Source: Saccostrea echinata
Lineage: Eukaryota
Direction: 5' to 3'
NCBI RefSeq assembly: GCF_033153115.1
Contig: NW_026889795.1
Coordinates: forward strand, 12,338,001 to 12,402,000
DNA: 64,000 nucleotides
Every line of letters begins with the position of its first letter. The stretch's first letter is position 1. Made by a program: the position numbers and the translations under genes. Shown here in pieces: positions 39,412 through 54,408 of this stretch. The notes under the pieces are model-generated. The model made no database searches, was not told the DNA's origin, and was given only the letters and a program-made list of their open reading frames with translations.

Positions 39412-39938
39412 CACATATTAATAAGGTACACTACTAACACAAATGTCGAGTCACTATACTACTAACACACATGTCGAGTCACTATACTACTAACACACAT
39501 GTCGAGTCACTACACTACTTACACACATGTCGAGTCACTACACGACTGAAATATACATTAAAAATAACAATATTAAATCACACGATGAGCTATACCAGAA
39601 ACACATATAAAATTATACATTCCCAACACATGAGTCACCATACTACATGTACAACTCACATAACAAACAACAAAATTACCACACATAATAAGCTACACTA
39701 CTAACACACATGTGGAGTCACTACAGAACTAACACACATGTCAAGTAACTACAGAACTAACACACATGTCGAGTCACTACACTACTAGCACACATGTCGA
39801 GTCACTACACTTCTTATATATATTAATTACAACTAACAATATTAAATCACACACAATGAGTTATACCAGTTACACATATAAAATTATACGTTACCAACAC
39901 ATGAGTCAACATACAACATGTACAACTCACATAACAAA
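39412..39938. repeat. Composite CA-rich satellite, short block
   Basis: 28-bp subunit acacacatgtcgagtcactacactacta within longer units; same family as 47740-51590. Confidence 0.9.
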
Positions 39939-42900
39939 CTAGAGGTACTGTGAGCACTGAACTCACTGAAGGATCCCCCCGCCTCCGATATGATTATAAA
40001 GGCAAAGTCCATGTTTTGCTCTGAGAGACCCGAAATAAGTGACAGATCAAAAAGTAATATACGAGTTGCACAATGGCACTATGTAATAAAAGATCGGGGG
40101 GGGGGGGGGGGGGGCTAGGGATAAAGTCTACTACATGTATATAACATAAATAATTGTTTAGAGTGGTGAACGAGGTATAAATGTTTTATAAAATACAAAA
40201 TATTATATATATATTATCGAAAATTTTTAGTCATATCTAGCTGCAGATATATACATGTAGCTCTCCACTGGTCTGAAAAAAATTGAATGGTTGTCATATT
40301 GACAAGATGAGAAAATCTGGGAATAAAAGGGGAAAATTAGCATTCCCTGGAGGTTAAAAAAGGTTTGAGTACAGCCATTTTGAAGCAGTCGGTCGGGAGA
40401 GGACAAACAATTTTTTAAAGATGACCTCATCATATTCTGTATGGCCTTGCCATACAGGTTTACGTATGAATTGATATTATTTAAATATCAGAAATGAGCG
40501 ATATTCATAAATCATAGCATGTATATTAATTAAGTTTCTGACTGAAGCATACCTGGGAATACAGAGGGGATACCTTTTATATCAAATTGAATTTTTAAGT
40601 TCGCCCTGGGGCTTACTCTAGGTTGCACACCAGTATCAAATTTCAATAATTATATATTGATTATTACCAAAATTACGAAAATTATAGAAGACATACATGT
40701 AACTCGTCGAAAACAAACTCCTCGAGAATTTTTTTTCAGACTTTATAAGCCAATGCTTTCTAAGCATACAAAAACTTCCAGACAGGCAAGCGAGTTTATC
40801 GAAGTCGAACAGGTGCTTGAAAGTGACGCACAGGACTTAACCAGCCTTCCTTAAATACGGTATACAAAAAAAAAAAAAACAAACAAACAAACAAACAAAC
40901 AAACAAAAAACAAAAAACTACAGGACTGCTTTGTTCTCACATCTGGTAAAATTTTCGAGGGAAGTATTGAAAAATAAATGTGCGTTGGCCACGTTTTGAC
41001 GTAAACCTTTAGTTTTTACGCTATCCAATAAACCCTGTCCATAATTTTCACTTTTTAACAGAAAGATACACTGTATCTGAAATACAGAGGGTCGACCTTT
41101 TACATCGTGTATATTCCAACATACGGGGTGTATGCTACGTTGTGCACAGGGTATATGCTTTCGGGGCGATAAAAAGGGGGTCAATGTATCCTTTTTGTAC
41201 ATTATCAATATTTCAATTTACATGTATGGATATATTTCGCCGGAAAGCATATGCATATGGAAGAAAGCATTATCTAAGAAGTATATGGATACCTATGAAT
41301 CCACTGTACACTTTCTAGTTTTATCAAACACCTCAACACAATTCCGAGGATCAGAGCAAGATTGACGCTACATTGTGTTTATAATCAATTGTACCATTAG
41401 TCAGCTGGTTTTTTTTTTTCTTTTATTAAAACAGCCCCGTAGTAAGCAAATTCAGTTTGGGGGGCATAGCCATACATTTTCAGTTGACAGTTGAGAGGAC
41501 ACAAGAAATCCTGACAAGCAAAAAATAAAAAAATAAAAAAGGGCATCAGACGTTTTTATGGAGGGACACAAGCAAATAGTATCTATGTTTCCTATAATAA
41601 TCTATATATCGGCAAAATTATTGGGGGGGGGGGCACGCCCCCACCCCCGTGCCCCCCGGTTCCTACGGCCATATAAAAGTGTAGGTTATCTGTACATAAC
41701 AAACAATATTATATGGGGTAACTACTACATATCAGAACAAAGCTTCGCTTTATCACCACTTTCATATTACTGTTAAGTACACGTTATCTGTATAAATGTA
41801 TGCATAAATTGTCTGTTTATAAAACAGTTCGTATTTAAAGATATTGACGAAAATTCAATGTTGTGCCCGGGGTGTATGCAGCATGCTGCACCCGGTTAAT
41901 CCAGATACCCAAATCGTACTCTGCTGATGTCTGAATCTCAATGATAATGTTCAGAAACCCTACAGGTACAGATACAGGCTTACACATTGAACTAATTTTC
42001 AGTTAAAAGGGGGGGGGGGGGGGTTGCACATATTAGAAAGTCCTTGGTACGCAAAAAAAAGGATCAACTGATGTTATTTTCGATGGGCCCAACTGTAAAT
42101 ATGCTTTATTTTCTATTCTTGAGTAAATATTTGCAAACTAATAGCCCCTTCCCTCCTCCCCCATGCTTCAAAGAATTAAATCTATTCAACCATACTTTCA
42201 TTCTGATGTATGTTTTCAACATTGAGTTACCTGTTTAAAGCTTAAGCATTAAATGTATTTATTTCAGTAGTAGATATACATAGAATACATCATTAGGTAA
42301 ATGCATATTTTACCCTATCCAAAAGTAAATAATTAAAATGCAATTATAAACTGAAAACAAATGGCGATTGTTAAAACAAAATTGAAGAATAGTCATTCGT
42401 ATATTTTTTAAATCGATTTTCGTATTGAAATCTACACTTGGGATAAGAAATATCTTAAAATATTCTACTAAAAATAGACTATAATAATATAAATTACAAT
42501 TTTAAAGTATGAATATCATAATAGTACTATAATTTGTTCCTTGGCATAAATTATTGAAATAAAGAATTCAGAGCAATTGATATAAGGCAAATACATGGCC
42601 ATTACATTGCCATTGCTACCTACCTGCAGGTAGAGGTATGATTACTTCACCCCCCCCCCTTGTTTTATTACCTGAACACACAGGCAGATTTAACACCTTT
42701 AATCGAAGCAAACGCTGGTAAAAAAAAAACAAACAAACAAACAATAGCACCATAAATGTGACACTTTTTACATTTATTTTTTGGGGCATAAGCAGCACAA
42801 CTCAAAGCAGCTGAACAGGGAATAGCAAGTCTTGCCTTAGAGATCATATTGAACGACAAGGGTAAACAATTCTTTTTTCAAATGATATAAACCCATTCTC

Positions 42901-43073
42901 TGAAAATTTATGTGATTGTCAAGGTTTATGCAAGTAGCATTTTGCACTACCTGGACCTTTAAATGTAAGCAGACCTTTTCTTATACGCGCTGGACCTTTT
43001 CTTTAAAAAGTTATCGTATTAGCCCCCCCCCCCCCCCCGATCTTTAAACGAGGCGGAACAAATAATATGCAAC

Positions 43074-43192
43074 ACCGGTCAATCGGTAGGGGTTGCTTAC
43101 TCCTCCATGGCACCTGATCTGTTTTCAGGGGTCTATTTTTGCTCTGCCCATGATCTGTTTTGATTAAATGAATTTTTCAGCATGATTACGGT
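43074..43192 (+). mobile_element. Penelope-like 3' terminal fragment
   Basis: gcttactcctccatggcacctgatc motif shared with the other copies. Confidence 0.55.
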
Positions 43193-43196
43193 TCAG

Positions 43197-43815
43197 AGGG
43201 TCGTGACATAAATGTACTTAAGTCCAAGACCATGCTAAAGTAGGACTTAAGTACAGTCTTAAAACTTAAGACCATAACTAGAAGCGTGCTAAGATTTGAC
43301 AATCTTAGCAAAACTTAGGCAGTCGGTAGAGGTGACTTAAGCATGTTTTAACTTCTTTAAACACATATTTAGAACTATTCACAGGTTGACTTTCGACGTC
43401 AAAACATTCATCTAATCATAGTATACATTAAAGAAAATAATTTTCTCTATTTAATATTGGTATATATAAGAATTTTATTTTTTCGTCGGGGGAAGGGGGA
43501 GGGGGGTGATATTGATCACTGATTCCAATTTTACTCTCTAAATGACATTCATGTAAAGGCAAAATTTTATTTTTGGGATACGATTGAATGTTAGTGGGAC
43601 CTAGGTTATAAACACTAAGCATTATAAGTTAATTGTACACAGTAATCATGGATTTTTATATTCAAAAATGAGATGATATAGATTTATATAAAAAAAACAC
43701 AGAAAAATTGTCGTTGAATTAAAGGGTGCTTACTAGAAAACTAATAAAGAGTGTCTGCTTAAATAAGATTAAACGTAGAATGCAACAAGCGTGGATTCAG
43801 ACAGAGTTCACTAAT

Positions 43816-43859
<44 letters not shown>

Positions 43860-44497
43860 TAGGAGGTATACGAAAAATTATCTTCTTTTCCATCCTTGAT
43901 TAGAATTGTAAATAAGTATATCATAAAACGTCTGCAGTCTTTGCCTGCTGATATGGGCTGATTCATCGGAGTAAAAAGAATTTAATATGTCCCTATTGTT
44001 TTATTAAGAGTTTCAATTTCAAGTACATAGACGTTCGGTTATCGTGCAATCTCTGCGAAAGTGACAATTTGAAAGCAAGTGAACCTTTGTCAAAACAAAA
44101 GAATAACGACAAACATTGCAGTCTCTAGTGATAAACAATATTCATGCATTTACAGTGAACCACTATTTTGTGTCCGTGCAATATTTATTTTCAAATATTC
44201 AGACTAATTTTAAACAGAAAATTTTTAATACGAAATCTAATCTAACCTAGCTAAAACCGATAGGTAAGGACGTCAACTTTAATCTATGTGTAATTAAAAA
44301 CGCAACTAAATCATTTTTTAAAAATACATGTATATATATAAATAAATATGAAAATTATGATGATTCATAAAATATTTTGAACGTAAGTTTGACTTAGCTA
44401 AGACCTAGCTAAGTTCATTTTATGTTACGGTTTAAGACAAATTTAAGTAGTACCTAGGCAGGTCTTAAGATTGCGCCTAAAACATACTTATGACCCT
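43197..44497. mobile_element. Degenerate TIR element with cttaag-rich ends
   Basis: agggtc..ataa termini and ~60-bp degenerate inverted similarity; TSD not resolved. Confidence 0.45.
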
Positions 44498-46051
44498 ACT
44501 TAATAGTAAAAAAAAATCCGGAACCTTTCGGAGAGCCGTGGACAAATTTAATTGTAATCTCTTGTTTTATTCTTTACACTTTAATGCTCGTTTTATAAAT
44601 AGCTTTTTATTTTCTCAATATCGAAACTTGCAGGACGGTCAGGGGTCTTTGAAGCCTTCCATCTTATTCAGAGTTAATAAAGAAACAAAATTATGAATTT
44701 CGATACACACCCCATTTCAGGAAACACGACCCCTTATAAGTAAGGACGTTATATACATATATGCATGTGAAGGAAAACTGCTTGTTGGTAAAAGTGTTTA
44801 ATCTCACCCTTACTCCACCTTTAAGTCCCCCACGAAATATATTTATAATTACATGTACATTTAAATGAAAGTCCAACAAAGTGAAGAGAATTGACCCACT
44901 TTATTTTTACATGGTTCTATACGTAGTAGTATAGTCGGTGTTAGAAACATGCATTGCAATTGAATTAAGAAAATTGTAACAATTTTTCATTTAGTCTCAA
45001 ACTGAACATAATCTGGTATGACTTATTAAGTTATTTAAAGTTATTTAAAAAGTCATACAAGAATTATACATGTGCTACATGTAGTTAAGGCATCGATCGG
45101 TGTGTATTATTTCAGAAGCCCTCCGTAAACTTATTTCCGTGATTTTTTTTTTAAATCCAGTTCGACCAATTGGTAGAAAACTCGACTCAGCTCAGAGAGA
45201 CAAGAAGGGCGTTCTAATGAAATTTAAGAAAAAAACAACTACATGCATGGGAGCAATCTATTCAGCTACTCCTGTTTGTATCTTAATCTGTTGTGTAATT
45301 TTTATTTTATCTATGTACCAGTGATCCAGATAACATATTTGCGGAATCGTAATACATTTTCCCCCTTTTTTATGCGGAATCGTAATTAAAAAAAATATTC
45401 GAGAAATTGTGACTCATTTTTTGCGGAAAGATATTATCAATATGCGAAAACGTGGAACACCGCTTCAAAGTGAAGGATTGGTGATATCCAAAAAGAAGAC
45501 CAAGGACAAAAAGAAAAAAAATATATATATAATCTCGTTTTCCTACCCATGTTCAAATGGTTGGGGTTTCTCTCTCTTTTTTGTGGCCCGAATGTAGAAA
45601 AGATTTTCGAGTTTAGACAATAGGTTTAGGTTTTTTTCCTGCTTGTCAAACTGTTTTGGAGTCCCCCCCCCCCCTCCCGCGTTAAAAATCGATTTTTAAG
45701 CAGCAAAAAGGAAGAAAAAATGACAACACGCCTTATATTAAAATTTCCTATGTACATTAACAACAGTTATTTTCTCGGGAGAATAAAAAAACACTAGGGG
45801 GCATCCCTGTACCCCTTCGATACTGCATGCTTCAGATCGTAGTATTTCCCGGTTTAATATCAAGGCTAGACCGTGACTGTGACTTCCTGTTCTATTCCTT
45901 ATTTGGGGGGAGAGGGTAATCTATGTTCAATTTGGAAGACCAATTATAGAATCTGTGCTGTGTGAGTCAATAACCTCTAAAGCATAATCCCCTTTCAATT
46001 ATTAAATGGATACATTATAAATGATATGTTTTAAAACCTATACTCGCTGTA

Positions 46052-46667
46052 AAGGTCCCTGGTACAGAGCGAGGACAATCTCCCAGCCTGAAAAAACACG
46101 ATTCTCAATTTTGAAAGTTCTTGAAAATTTACATTTTTCAAAAAAAAAATGTATTGTCAATATCATCTTTTACACATTAGCTTCCTTCATTTTACTGAAT
46201 AATTTATTGATAAATAATTTATTTTTCGCCACGAAGTCTTCTTGTCATTGATGTGTTTCAGTGTGATTAAAATAAAAGAGGTTGTTGAAGCGTATTTTTT
46301 TCTATAATGTTCGATTTTCAAATGGAATGGGCTCAGACTCCATTTTTTAAAACTTTAAGTTAATTTTACATTTACTTTTCGGTCATTTAAAGGTTAATGT
46401 AGAAAGGGAACTTGTCCCATTCATTTTCAAAAATAATTTTGTGTGGCTCCAAAAAACCAGTTTTCCACCAAAATATGCTTTACTTACAACTTTAAAACAA
46501 ATCATCAACCAATGCCATTTAATAAAATAAATGAATCAAATATGTTGAAAATGCCATTCCTGAAAACTTTATTTTAGAAAAATATAACTTTTCCATGAAC
46601 TTTAAAGATTGAGAAATTTATTATCTCAGAGCGGGTGATTGTCCCCGCCTTATACGCCCCGTTTCTT
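46052..46667. mobile_element. Degenerate TIR element, possibly Kolobok-type
   Basis: ~100-bp degenerate inverted arms (ggacaatc..ttctcaat..aaagttc); ttaa on the right flank only. Confidence 0.45.
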
Positions 46668-47277
46668 TTAAGATGTCTTTTAGGTTTCACAATAATGTGC
46701 ATTATAAAACCACTATCGTTATTTTGATCTAACTTTACCATGATATTTTAGTAGGGATATTTCCTACAGCTGATTGATTGATTGTGTGTATTTTTGTCCC
46801 ATTCGAGAATTTCCTACAGTTGAAGTCAAGCTTTTATCATTTAAAATTTACAGCATACCACCGACAAACATTTATATGCTTTTATATACATTGTACATCA
46901 GTTTGCATTGGTCTAGAATTCTTACCCAATTTGATCTTCCCCTTAACTCGTTCTCCCAAGCAGAATAACATGTTATATAGTTTTATCATATCTCTACTGA
47001 TTTTTCCCTATAGAACATTAGATCGTTAGATGTGACTAATTCCCTAGAAATCGTAATGAATGGATTAGTCCCCGTGCGTTAGTCAAGTGAGCTAATCCCT
47101 GCTTCGAAAGCTAATTCCCGGTTATCCGTAATCCTCTAGATTTTACTTTTACATTGGTATGATATGTGAATGGACTAATCCCCGTGTGTTAGTTAGTTAG
47201 TGAGCTAATCCCTGCTATGAAATCATGCTATCTGAATCCTCTAACTCTAAATTTTAAGTTTTTATCAGTATAATAAA

Positions 47278-47423
47278 ACAGTTAAAAGTATATCATTGCG
47301 GGAGTTAGCAAGATTTCAGTTCCTCTCGACCAGGACTATTTCCCTCGGCTTCGCCTCGGGAAATAGTCTTGGCCTTGGGGAACTGGAATCTTGCTAACTC
47401 CCTCAGTGGTATATTTTAACTGT
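47278..47423. mobile_element. Palindromic hairpin element with central ggcttcgcc stem-loop
   Basis: Arms gggagttagcaagatt.cagttcc..gactatttccc are reverse complements; a degenerate relative may lie near 1365-1472. Confidence 0.7.
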
Positions 47424-47739
47424 ATAAGTATCCACCATTCTGGTCATGAAAAGCATTTCTAGATATTTAATACTGCAAAAGTTATGTAGTTTTATTCTGC
47501 AATCTAACGAAAAAATAAACATATACAAAGAAAATTAAATTTCTGTTTATTTCAAAAATAAAAATCATCACAAATTGTGCTCATTCAAAATTCAGTCAAA
47601 ATATGATCTATTCATGTAGCTTACATTACATTAGAAATTCAAACACATGCAAGTTTATCAATAGAGGTTGATATAATATTATATTTAGCAATGTTTTAAT
47701 AATTATATACTCATCATAAAAAAGTGTCTTTTTATATTA

Positions 47740-50700
47740 TGCTCACACATAGCAAGAGGCTACTCTAACTTACACAGTAAGTCAACACTCTTCTAAACTA
47801 ACTCAACATGAAAACACATAATGAGCTACACTACTTACACACATATTGAGTCACTACATGACTATTACACATAAAAATAACAATATTAGCACACAAAATG
47901 AGCTACATGTACACTACCGCAGGTAAAATTCTACATTCCCAACACAAAATGAATCCCATGCTACATGTACAACAAACAAATCAAAATAACAATACAAAAT
48001 ATGTATTACAAATACATGTAACAATATTAAAACTTACAATGAGCCATACCAGTAACACACATAAAATTATACATTCCCAACAAATGAGTCACCATACTAC
48101 ATGTACAACTCACATAACAAATAACAAAAGTACCACACATAATAAGCTACACTACTTACACACATGTCGAGTCACTACAGAACTAACACACATGTCAAGT
48201 AACTACACTACTTACACACATGTCAAGACACTACACTACTTACACACATGTTGAGTCACTACACTACTGATATATACCTTACAAATAACAATTTTAAATC
48301 ACACGATGAGCAATACAAGTAACACACATAAAATTATACATTCCCAACACACGAGTCACCATACTACATGTACGACTCACATAACAAATAACAAAATTAC
48401 CACACATAATAAGCTACACTACTTACACACATGTCGAGTCACTACAGAACTAACACACATGTCAAGTAACTACACTACTTACACACATGTCAAGACACTA
48501 CACTACTTACACACATGTTGAGTCACTACACTACTGATATATACCTTACAAATAACAATTTTAAATCACACGATGAGCAATACAAGTAACACACATAAAA
48601 TTATACATTCCCAACACACGAGTCACCATACTACATGTACGACTCACATAACAAATAACAAAATTACCACACATAATAAGCTACACTACTAACACACATG
48701 TTGATTCACTACACTACTAACACACATGTCGAGTCACTACACTACTTACACACATGTCCAGTCACTACACTTCTAATATATAACTTACAAATAACAGTTT
48801 TAAATCGCACGATGAGTTATACAAGTAACACATTTAAAATTATACAATCCCGACACACCAGTCACCATACTACATGTACAACTCACATAACAAATAACAA
48901 AATTACCACACATCATAAGCTACACTCATAAAACACATGCCGAGTCACTACACTACTTACACACATGTTGAGTCACTACACTACTTACACACATATCGAG
49001 TCACTACACTTCTAATATATACCTTACAAATAATAGTTTTAAATCGCGCAATGAGTTATACAAGTAACACATTTAATATTATACAATCCCGACACACCAG
49101 TCACCATACTACATGTACAACTCACATAACAAATAACAAAATTACCACACATCATAAGCTACACTCATAACACACATGTCGAGTCACTACACTACTTACA
49201 CACATGTCGAGTCACTACACTACTTACACACATGTCGAGAAATTCGCTGGATTAAACGACATTCCGGATTAGACAACATTTAAAACAATTGAGTCTACTG
49301 CAGGTGACTTAAAGTTAACATTGTATAAGTCAAGTTTTTGGAGTACACAACATCCGAATAAGACAAGTTTCACTGTATATTACAAATAACAATATAAGAA
49401 CACATGAGGAGCTTTACCAATAACACACATAAAATCACATATTCCCCACACGTAATGAGTCAACATACTACATGTACAACACACATAACAAATAACAAAA
49501 TTACCACACATAAAAAGCTACACTACAAACACACATGTCGAGTCACTACACTATTAACACACATGTCGAGTCACTACACTTCTAATATATACATTACAAA
49601 TAACAACATTAAATCACATGATGAGCTATACCAGTAACACACATAAAACAAGAAGTCTGTGAGCCAATGCTCACTGGTAATACCTCCGCTGTGATTTGAA
49701 TATACACTATCATGTGTATATTCACAAGTTCAACTATGGACAGATGCATGAATAAACAGGAAGTTGATATCAGATTCATACAAAAATGAATCCCACCATA
49801 TGACAATTATGCGTCAACAAAGAGTGTGCTAAAATTTCAAGCATCTGCAATGAGTTGTTGCTGAGAAAACTTTGACAAAAATTTGTTCCATATTATACAG
49901 ACAGACGCACAGTTAAACAGGAAGTTGACATCAAATTCAGAAATGAATCCCATCATATGGCATGCCTAAACAAAGAGTGTGTAAACTTTCATGCATCTGC
50001 AATAAGTAGTTGATGAGAAACTGCAACAAATATTTGTTATATATGGTATAGACAGACACACAGATAAACAGGAAGTCGACATCAGACTTGTACAAAAATA
50101 AATCCCACGATATGGCATGCCAAAATAAAGAATGTGCTAAAATTTCAAGCATCTGCTCTGAGTAATTGCTGAAAAAACTGCGAAAAAAAATTCGTTATGT
50201 ATGGTACGGACAGACGCACAGATAAAAAGGAAGTTGGCATCAAATTCATACAAAAATGAATCCCACCATATGACATGCCTCAGCAATGAGTGTGCTAAAA
50301 TTTCAAGCAATAAGTAGTGCTTAGAAAACTGCGACGAAAATGTGTTATGTGTGGTATGGACAGACACATGGATAAACAGGAAGTTGACATCAGATTTGTA
50401 TGAAAATGATTCCCACCAAGCCTAAACAAAGAGTATGCTAAAATTTCAAGCATCTGCAATGAGTAGTTGCTGAGAAAACTGTGACCAAAAATTTGTTATG
50501 GACAGTCAGACAGACACACACACAGCTAGACAGACAAGGGTAAAACAGTATCTTTTGGAGCAAGAATATAATAATACATTCCCAACACATGAGTCACCAT
50601 ACTACATGTACAACACACATAACAAATAACAAAATTACCACACATAATAAGCTACACTACTAACACACATGTCGAGTCACTACACTACTAACACACATGT

Positions 50701-51590
50701 CGAGTCACTACACTACTAACACACATGTCGAGTCACTACACTAATGAAATATACATTACAAAAAAAATTATTAAAACACACAATGAGCTATACCAGTAAC
50801 ACACATCAAATTAAAATATACTTTCCCAACACATGAGTTGCCATACTACATATACAACAACCATAACAAATAACAAAAATACCACATATAATAAGCTACA
50901 CTTCAAACACACATGTCGAGTCACTACACTACTAACACACATGTCATGTCACTACACACTAACATACTTGTGGAGTCACTACAATACTAATATATACACT
51001 ACATATAACTATATTAAAACACACACAATGAGTTATACAAGTAACACACATAAAATTATACATTCCCAACACATGAGTCACCATACTACATGTACAACTC
51101 ACATAACAAATAACAAAATTACCACACATAATAAGCTACACTACTAACACACATGTCGAGTCACTACACTACTAACACACATGTCGAGTCACTTTACTAC
51201 TAATATATACATTACAAATAACCATTTTAAATCACACGATGAGGCATATCAGTAACATACATAAAATTATACATTCCTAACACACGAGTCACCATACTAC
51301 ATACGTACACAAAATAACCACACATCATAAGCTACACTCATAACACACATGTCGAGTCACTACACTACTTACACACATGTCGAGTCACTACACTACTAAT
51401 ATATATTACAAAAAACAATATTTACACACATTATGAGTTATACCAGTAACACACATAAAATTATACATTAATTCCCAACACATGAGTCACCATACTATAT
51501 GTACTATCATACATGTAAAACTAATAACAAAATTACCACACATAACGAGCTATACTACTAACACACATTTCAAGTCACTACACTACCATT
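47740..51590. repeat. Composite satellite: higher-order unit of 239-267 bp with variable numbers of a 28-bp subunit
   Basis: Periods of 267 bp (48306 to 48573) and 239 bp (48698 to 48937) differ by exactly one 28-bp subunit. Confidence 0.92.
49648..50570. mobile_element. Helitron/Helentron-type non-autonomous element with ~5 internal ~152-bp tandem repeats, inserted in the satellite
   Basis: acaagaag..gtgagc..gctcac terminus, gaca microsatellite at the other end, no TSD; satellite resumes across it. Confidence 0.7.
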
Positions 51591-53213
51591 CATATAATCT
51601 TATATATAAATGAGGTCATATAAGGAGTCAATACATTTACAATAGAGTCAACATGCTCCTAAAACACACTTATATTAGGTCGTTATAGCACTTGTCACAT
51701 GTACTAGCACATGAATCACTATTATGACAAAAGAATTCTTTAGATGTACATGTAGTTGTTATTTAATCTTTGTCTAGCTGTTATGATATTTTAACAGCAA
51801 ATTTTATACTCTTTCCTGCAAATTCAAAGATTGTTCTGCTTTCTGGAGGGGCATTCAAACACTTCAATTGACCATGTTTAAGTCATACTGACTTATTCCA
51901 CTCCACATTGGCACTCTATGGCTGTTTTTCTTTTGTCCACACATCTTACAAATGGAACTGAAATACATAATTATATAATAGAACCATTAAAGCTTTTACA
52001 TAAAAATGAAATAAAAATATATCAGTGATCAAGTTTCCAATCTTAATTAATACACAACAACACTTCTTTAAAAGCAAAAGGACAAGAATAAATTTTAAAA
52101 TTAAAATTCCTAAAACAGCTAGTTAACATTTTGTGTATTTGATTTGTATTAAATGATTATCCTTTAGAACTTGTTAGCCTTTTGAATTACTGTAAATGTA
52201 TAATATTTAGCGTGTACGATATTTGGCAGAAGTTGATTACTGAGCAAGTTAGCGGAGATTTGATTTAGAGCATTTGTTAATGTTCTTCTTTATGTGTATT
52301 TGTGCAAGACATTTAGCGTTGTACTTGAATTAGCGGACATTGCTTTCCAACAAAGGCACTAAAAAGAATACACAGCGAAAAGTATATTCACAACTTAACA
52401 AACACTTTCTGAAATTTTGGGTTATCCTTTTCTTTTGTCCTTGCCTTTGGTTTCCTATCAAGCTTTCCAGTTTAAAGTGCCAAACTTTAATCTCATCTTG
52501 TTCTATAATTTACATATCAAAAGGTTGGAATCTTTATAGTTAGGACTATATAAGTACTCACAACAGAATACATGCATCTAGACAAATAAGGATTTTTTCA
52601 AAATGAAAACATGTATCCAAGCAAGTCACTTAAAAGAATATTATAAATGAAAACATTCAACAAGCTACACAAATAAGATTCATTTAGCTTTTTCTGTATA
52701 TTTATCTGTCTCTCATTAGTAACATATATCAATAAATGGAGTAAAATGAAAGACCTAATTTTAATTACACTAAAAGTCTACCAAGTAACAGTAATATGTA
52801 ATAATTAGTTTTACATGTTTCATAATGTGCATAAGGAGATGGGTGAACAAGGCATGCAAAAAGCCTATAGCTTCAAATGTATAAAAGTCATATTCAAATA
52901 CTGAGTTTAGTATTTAGAGTAAAGTTCTTCTTATTGAAAGGTATAACATTATATTACAAACAAAACTTTTCTGTGGAAAATTCTTTAAGCAAAAATCATT
53001 CTATGATAAAAAAAAAAGTGGTATTCTAGGGGCTGAAACCCAAGCAATGAAATTAAATCCTGAATATCAGTTTTTTTTCTAAGAGACTAACATGCTAACC
53101 ACTAAACTACATACATGTAGCTCATGACAAAAATGGGCATTTACATATGTAAATCACGTTTAAAAATGTGGCTCTTGACTAAATGGATTTCAAATATATT
53201 TCTGAAAGATATG

Positions 53214-53871
53214 CAGGGTTTGACACTAAGGCACGTCCGACTGACCCAGTCTAGTAAATGCATGGTCCGTCATGTTAAATGTTCAATAACTTGCCCGACT
53301 GGTTGTGTGGATGAAATAAATGTTAACTCTCATTTCAGTCTTTCAAATAAATGCTCTGACTTAAAACTTTTTAAAGAAATTTTCTTAATTTTCAGATTGC
53401 AAACACAGCCATTGCTCTGAAAAAGAAAACTTTCCTGCATGACACAATTGCTATTTTTTTTTAGACCGGCTGTAATAGACAAGTCACAATCGAAACCTCA
53501 GCTTTGTTCAGTATCATTTGGTATAAATATTCATTGAATATTATAGTTTTTAATTTATTTACATGTATATTTACGGTAATAATTTTATTTAAGTTCCTTG
53601 AATTAATGTTCTTTAAAGCTTATAACATTCGCATGTTCACTCATTGGGCTGCTACCTATGGGCTCAACAGTCTGTCAAAATGTATACATGAACACATGCG
53701 AGAGATACACTGTAGTATGGTTTCAAAACTTTTTTCCCATTATAATAGGAGGTTATAAATAGAAAATTTTCAAATTTGGTCAGCGCTAGTGAATTTATGG
53801 TCAGAGCTAGTAAAAATTATGGGAAGTAGCACGACTGATCTAGTACTCATAAAAGTTAATGTCAAACCATG
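53214..53871. mobile_element. hAT-like non-autonomous element with 5-bp TSD
   Basis: TIR cagggtttgacactaa / catggtttgacattaa; atatg on both flanks. Confidence 0.75.
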
Positions 53872-53890
53872 ATATGAATGTTGTTGTGAC

Positions 53891-54408
53891 TAGTGGTGTT
53901 CCAATCATCGATTATAATCGAAAATCAGTCAATTGCTGGCATAATCCAAGCACTCGATTACAAATTTTTTATTCTGATTAATCGGGTTATTTATTTTATT
54001 TTAAAAGCGTAATAGTTTTTAAGCCAAATATTCCAGCCGCAACTTTTCTATTAACTTATATGCATATCGTAATGGCACAGACAAAGAGACATTGTATTCA
54101 TACCCAGGTAACAACGCTCATTCCTGGGTATGGACGTACTTTGGATTCTACAAAATGAGCGTAGAACCAGCTTGACTAGATAGAATATTCTGTCGTTAAA
54201 ATGATATTGTCCTAAGGACTAGGGGTTGTTCTGAGACACAGTTATTCCAACTACAGCTGGACCACCACAGAAAGTAGTTATTCAACCATTCTTACCATTT
54301 AATAAACTAAAATTGACAGACTTTGTAAATGTCCGATTATAATTGATAGTTAGTTAGTTACAGTAGCCTGATCATCGATTATGAAATTCTTACCAATTCC
54401 CATCACTA
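53891..54408. mobile_element. hAT non-autonomous element (518 bp)
   Basis: Perfect 8-bp TSD gttgtgac; tagtg(g/a)tg termini; atcgatt subterminal motifs. Confidence 0.85.

Noticed and set aside
38103-39421. RT ORFs as an active element or domesticated gene
   Set aside because: Stops and frameshifts between RT motifs and no endonuclease domain; a 5'-truncated relic
47898-51147. His/Thr-rich short ORFs (also 39471-39704)
   Set aside because: By-products of the CA-rich satellite; frames are not maintained between units and no splice signals were seen
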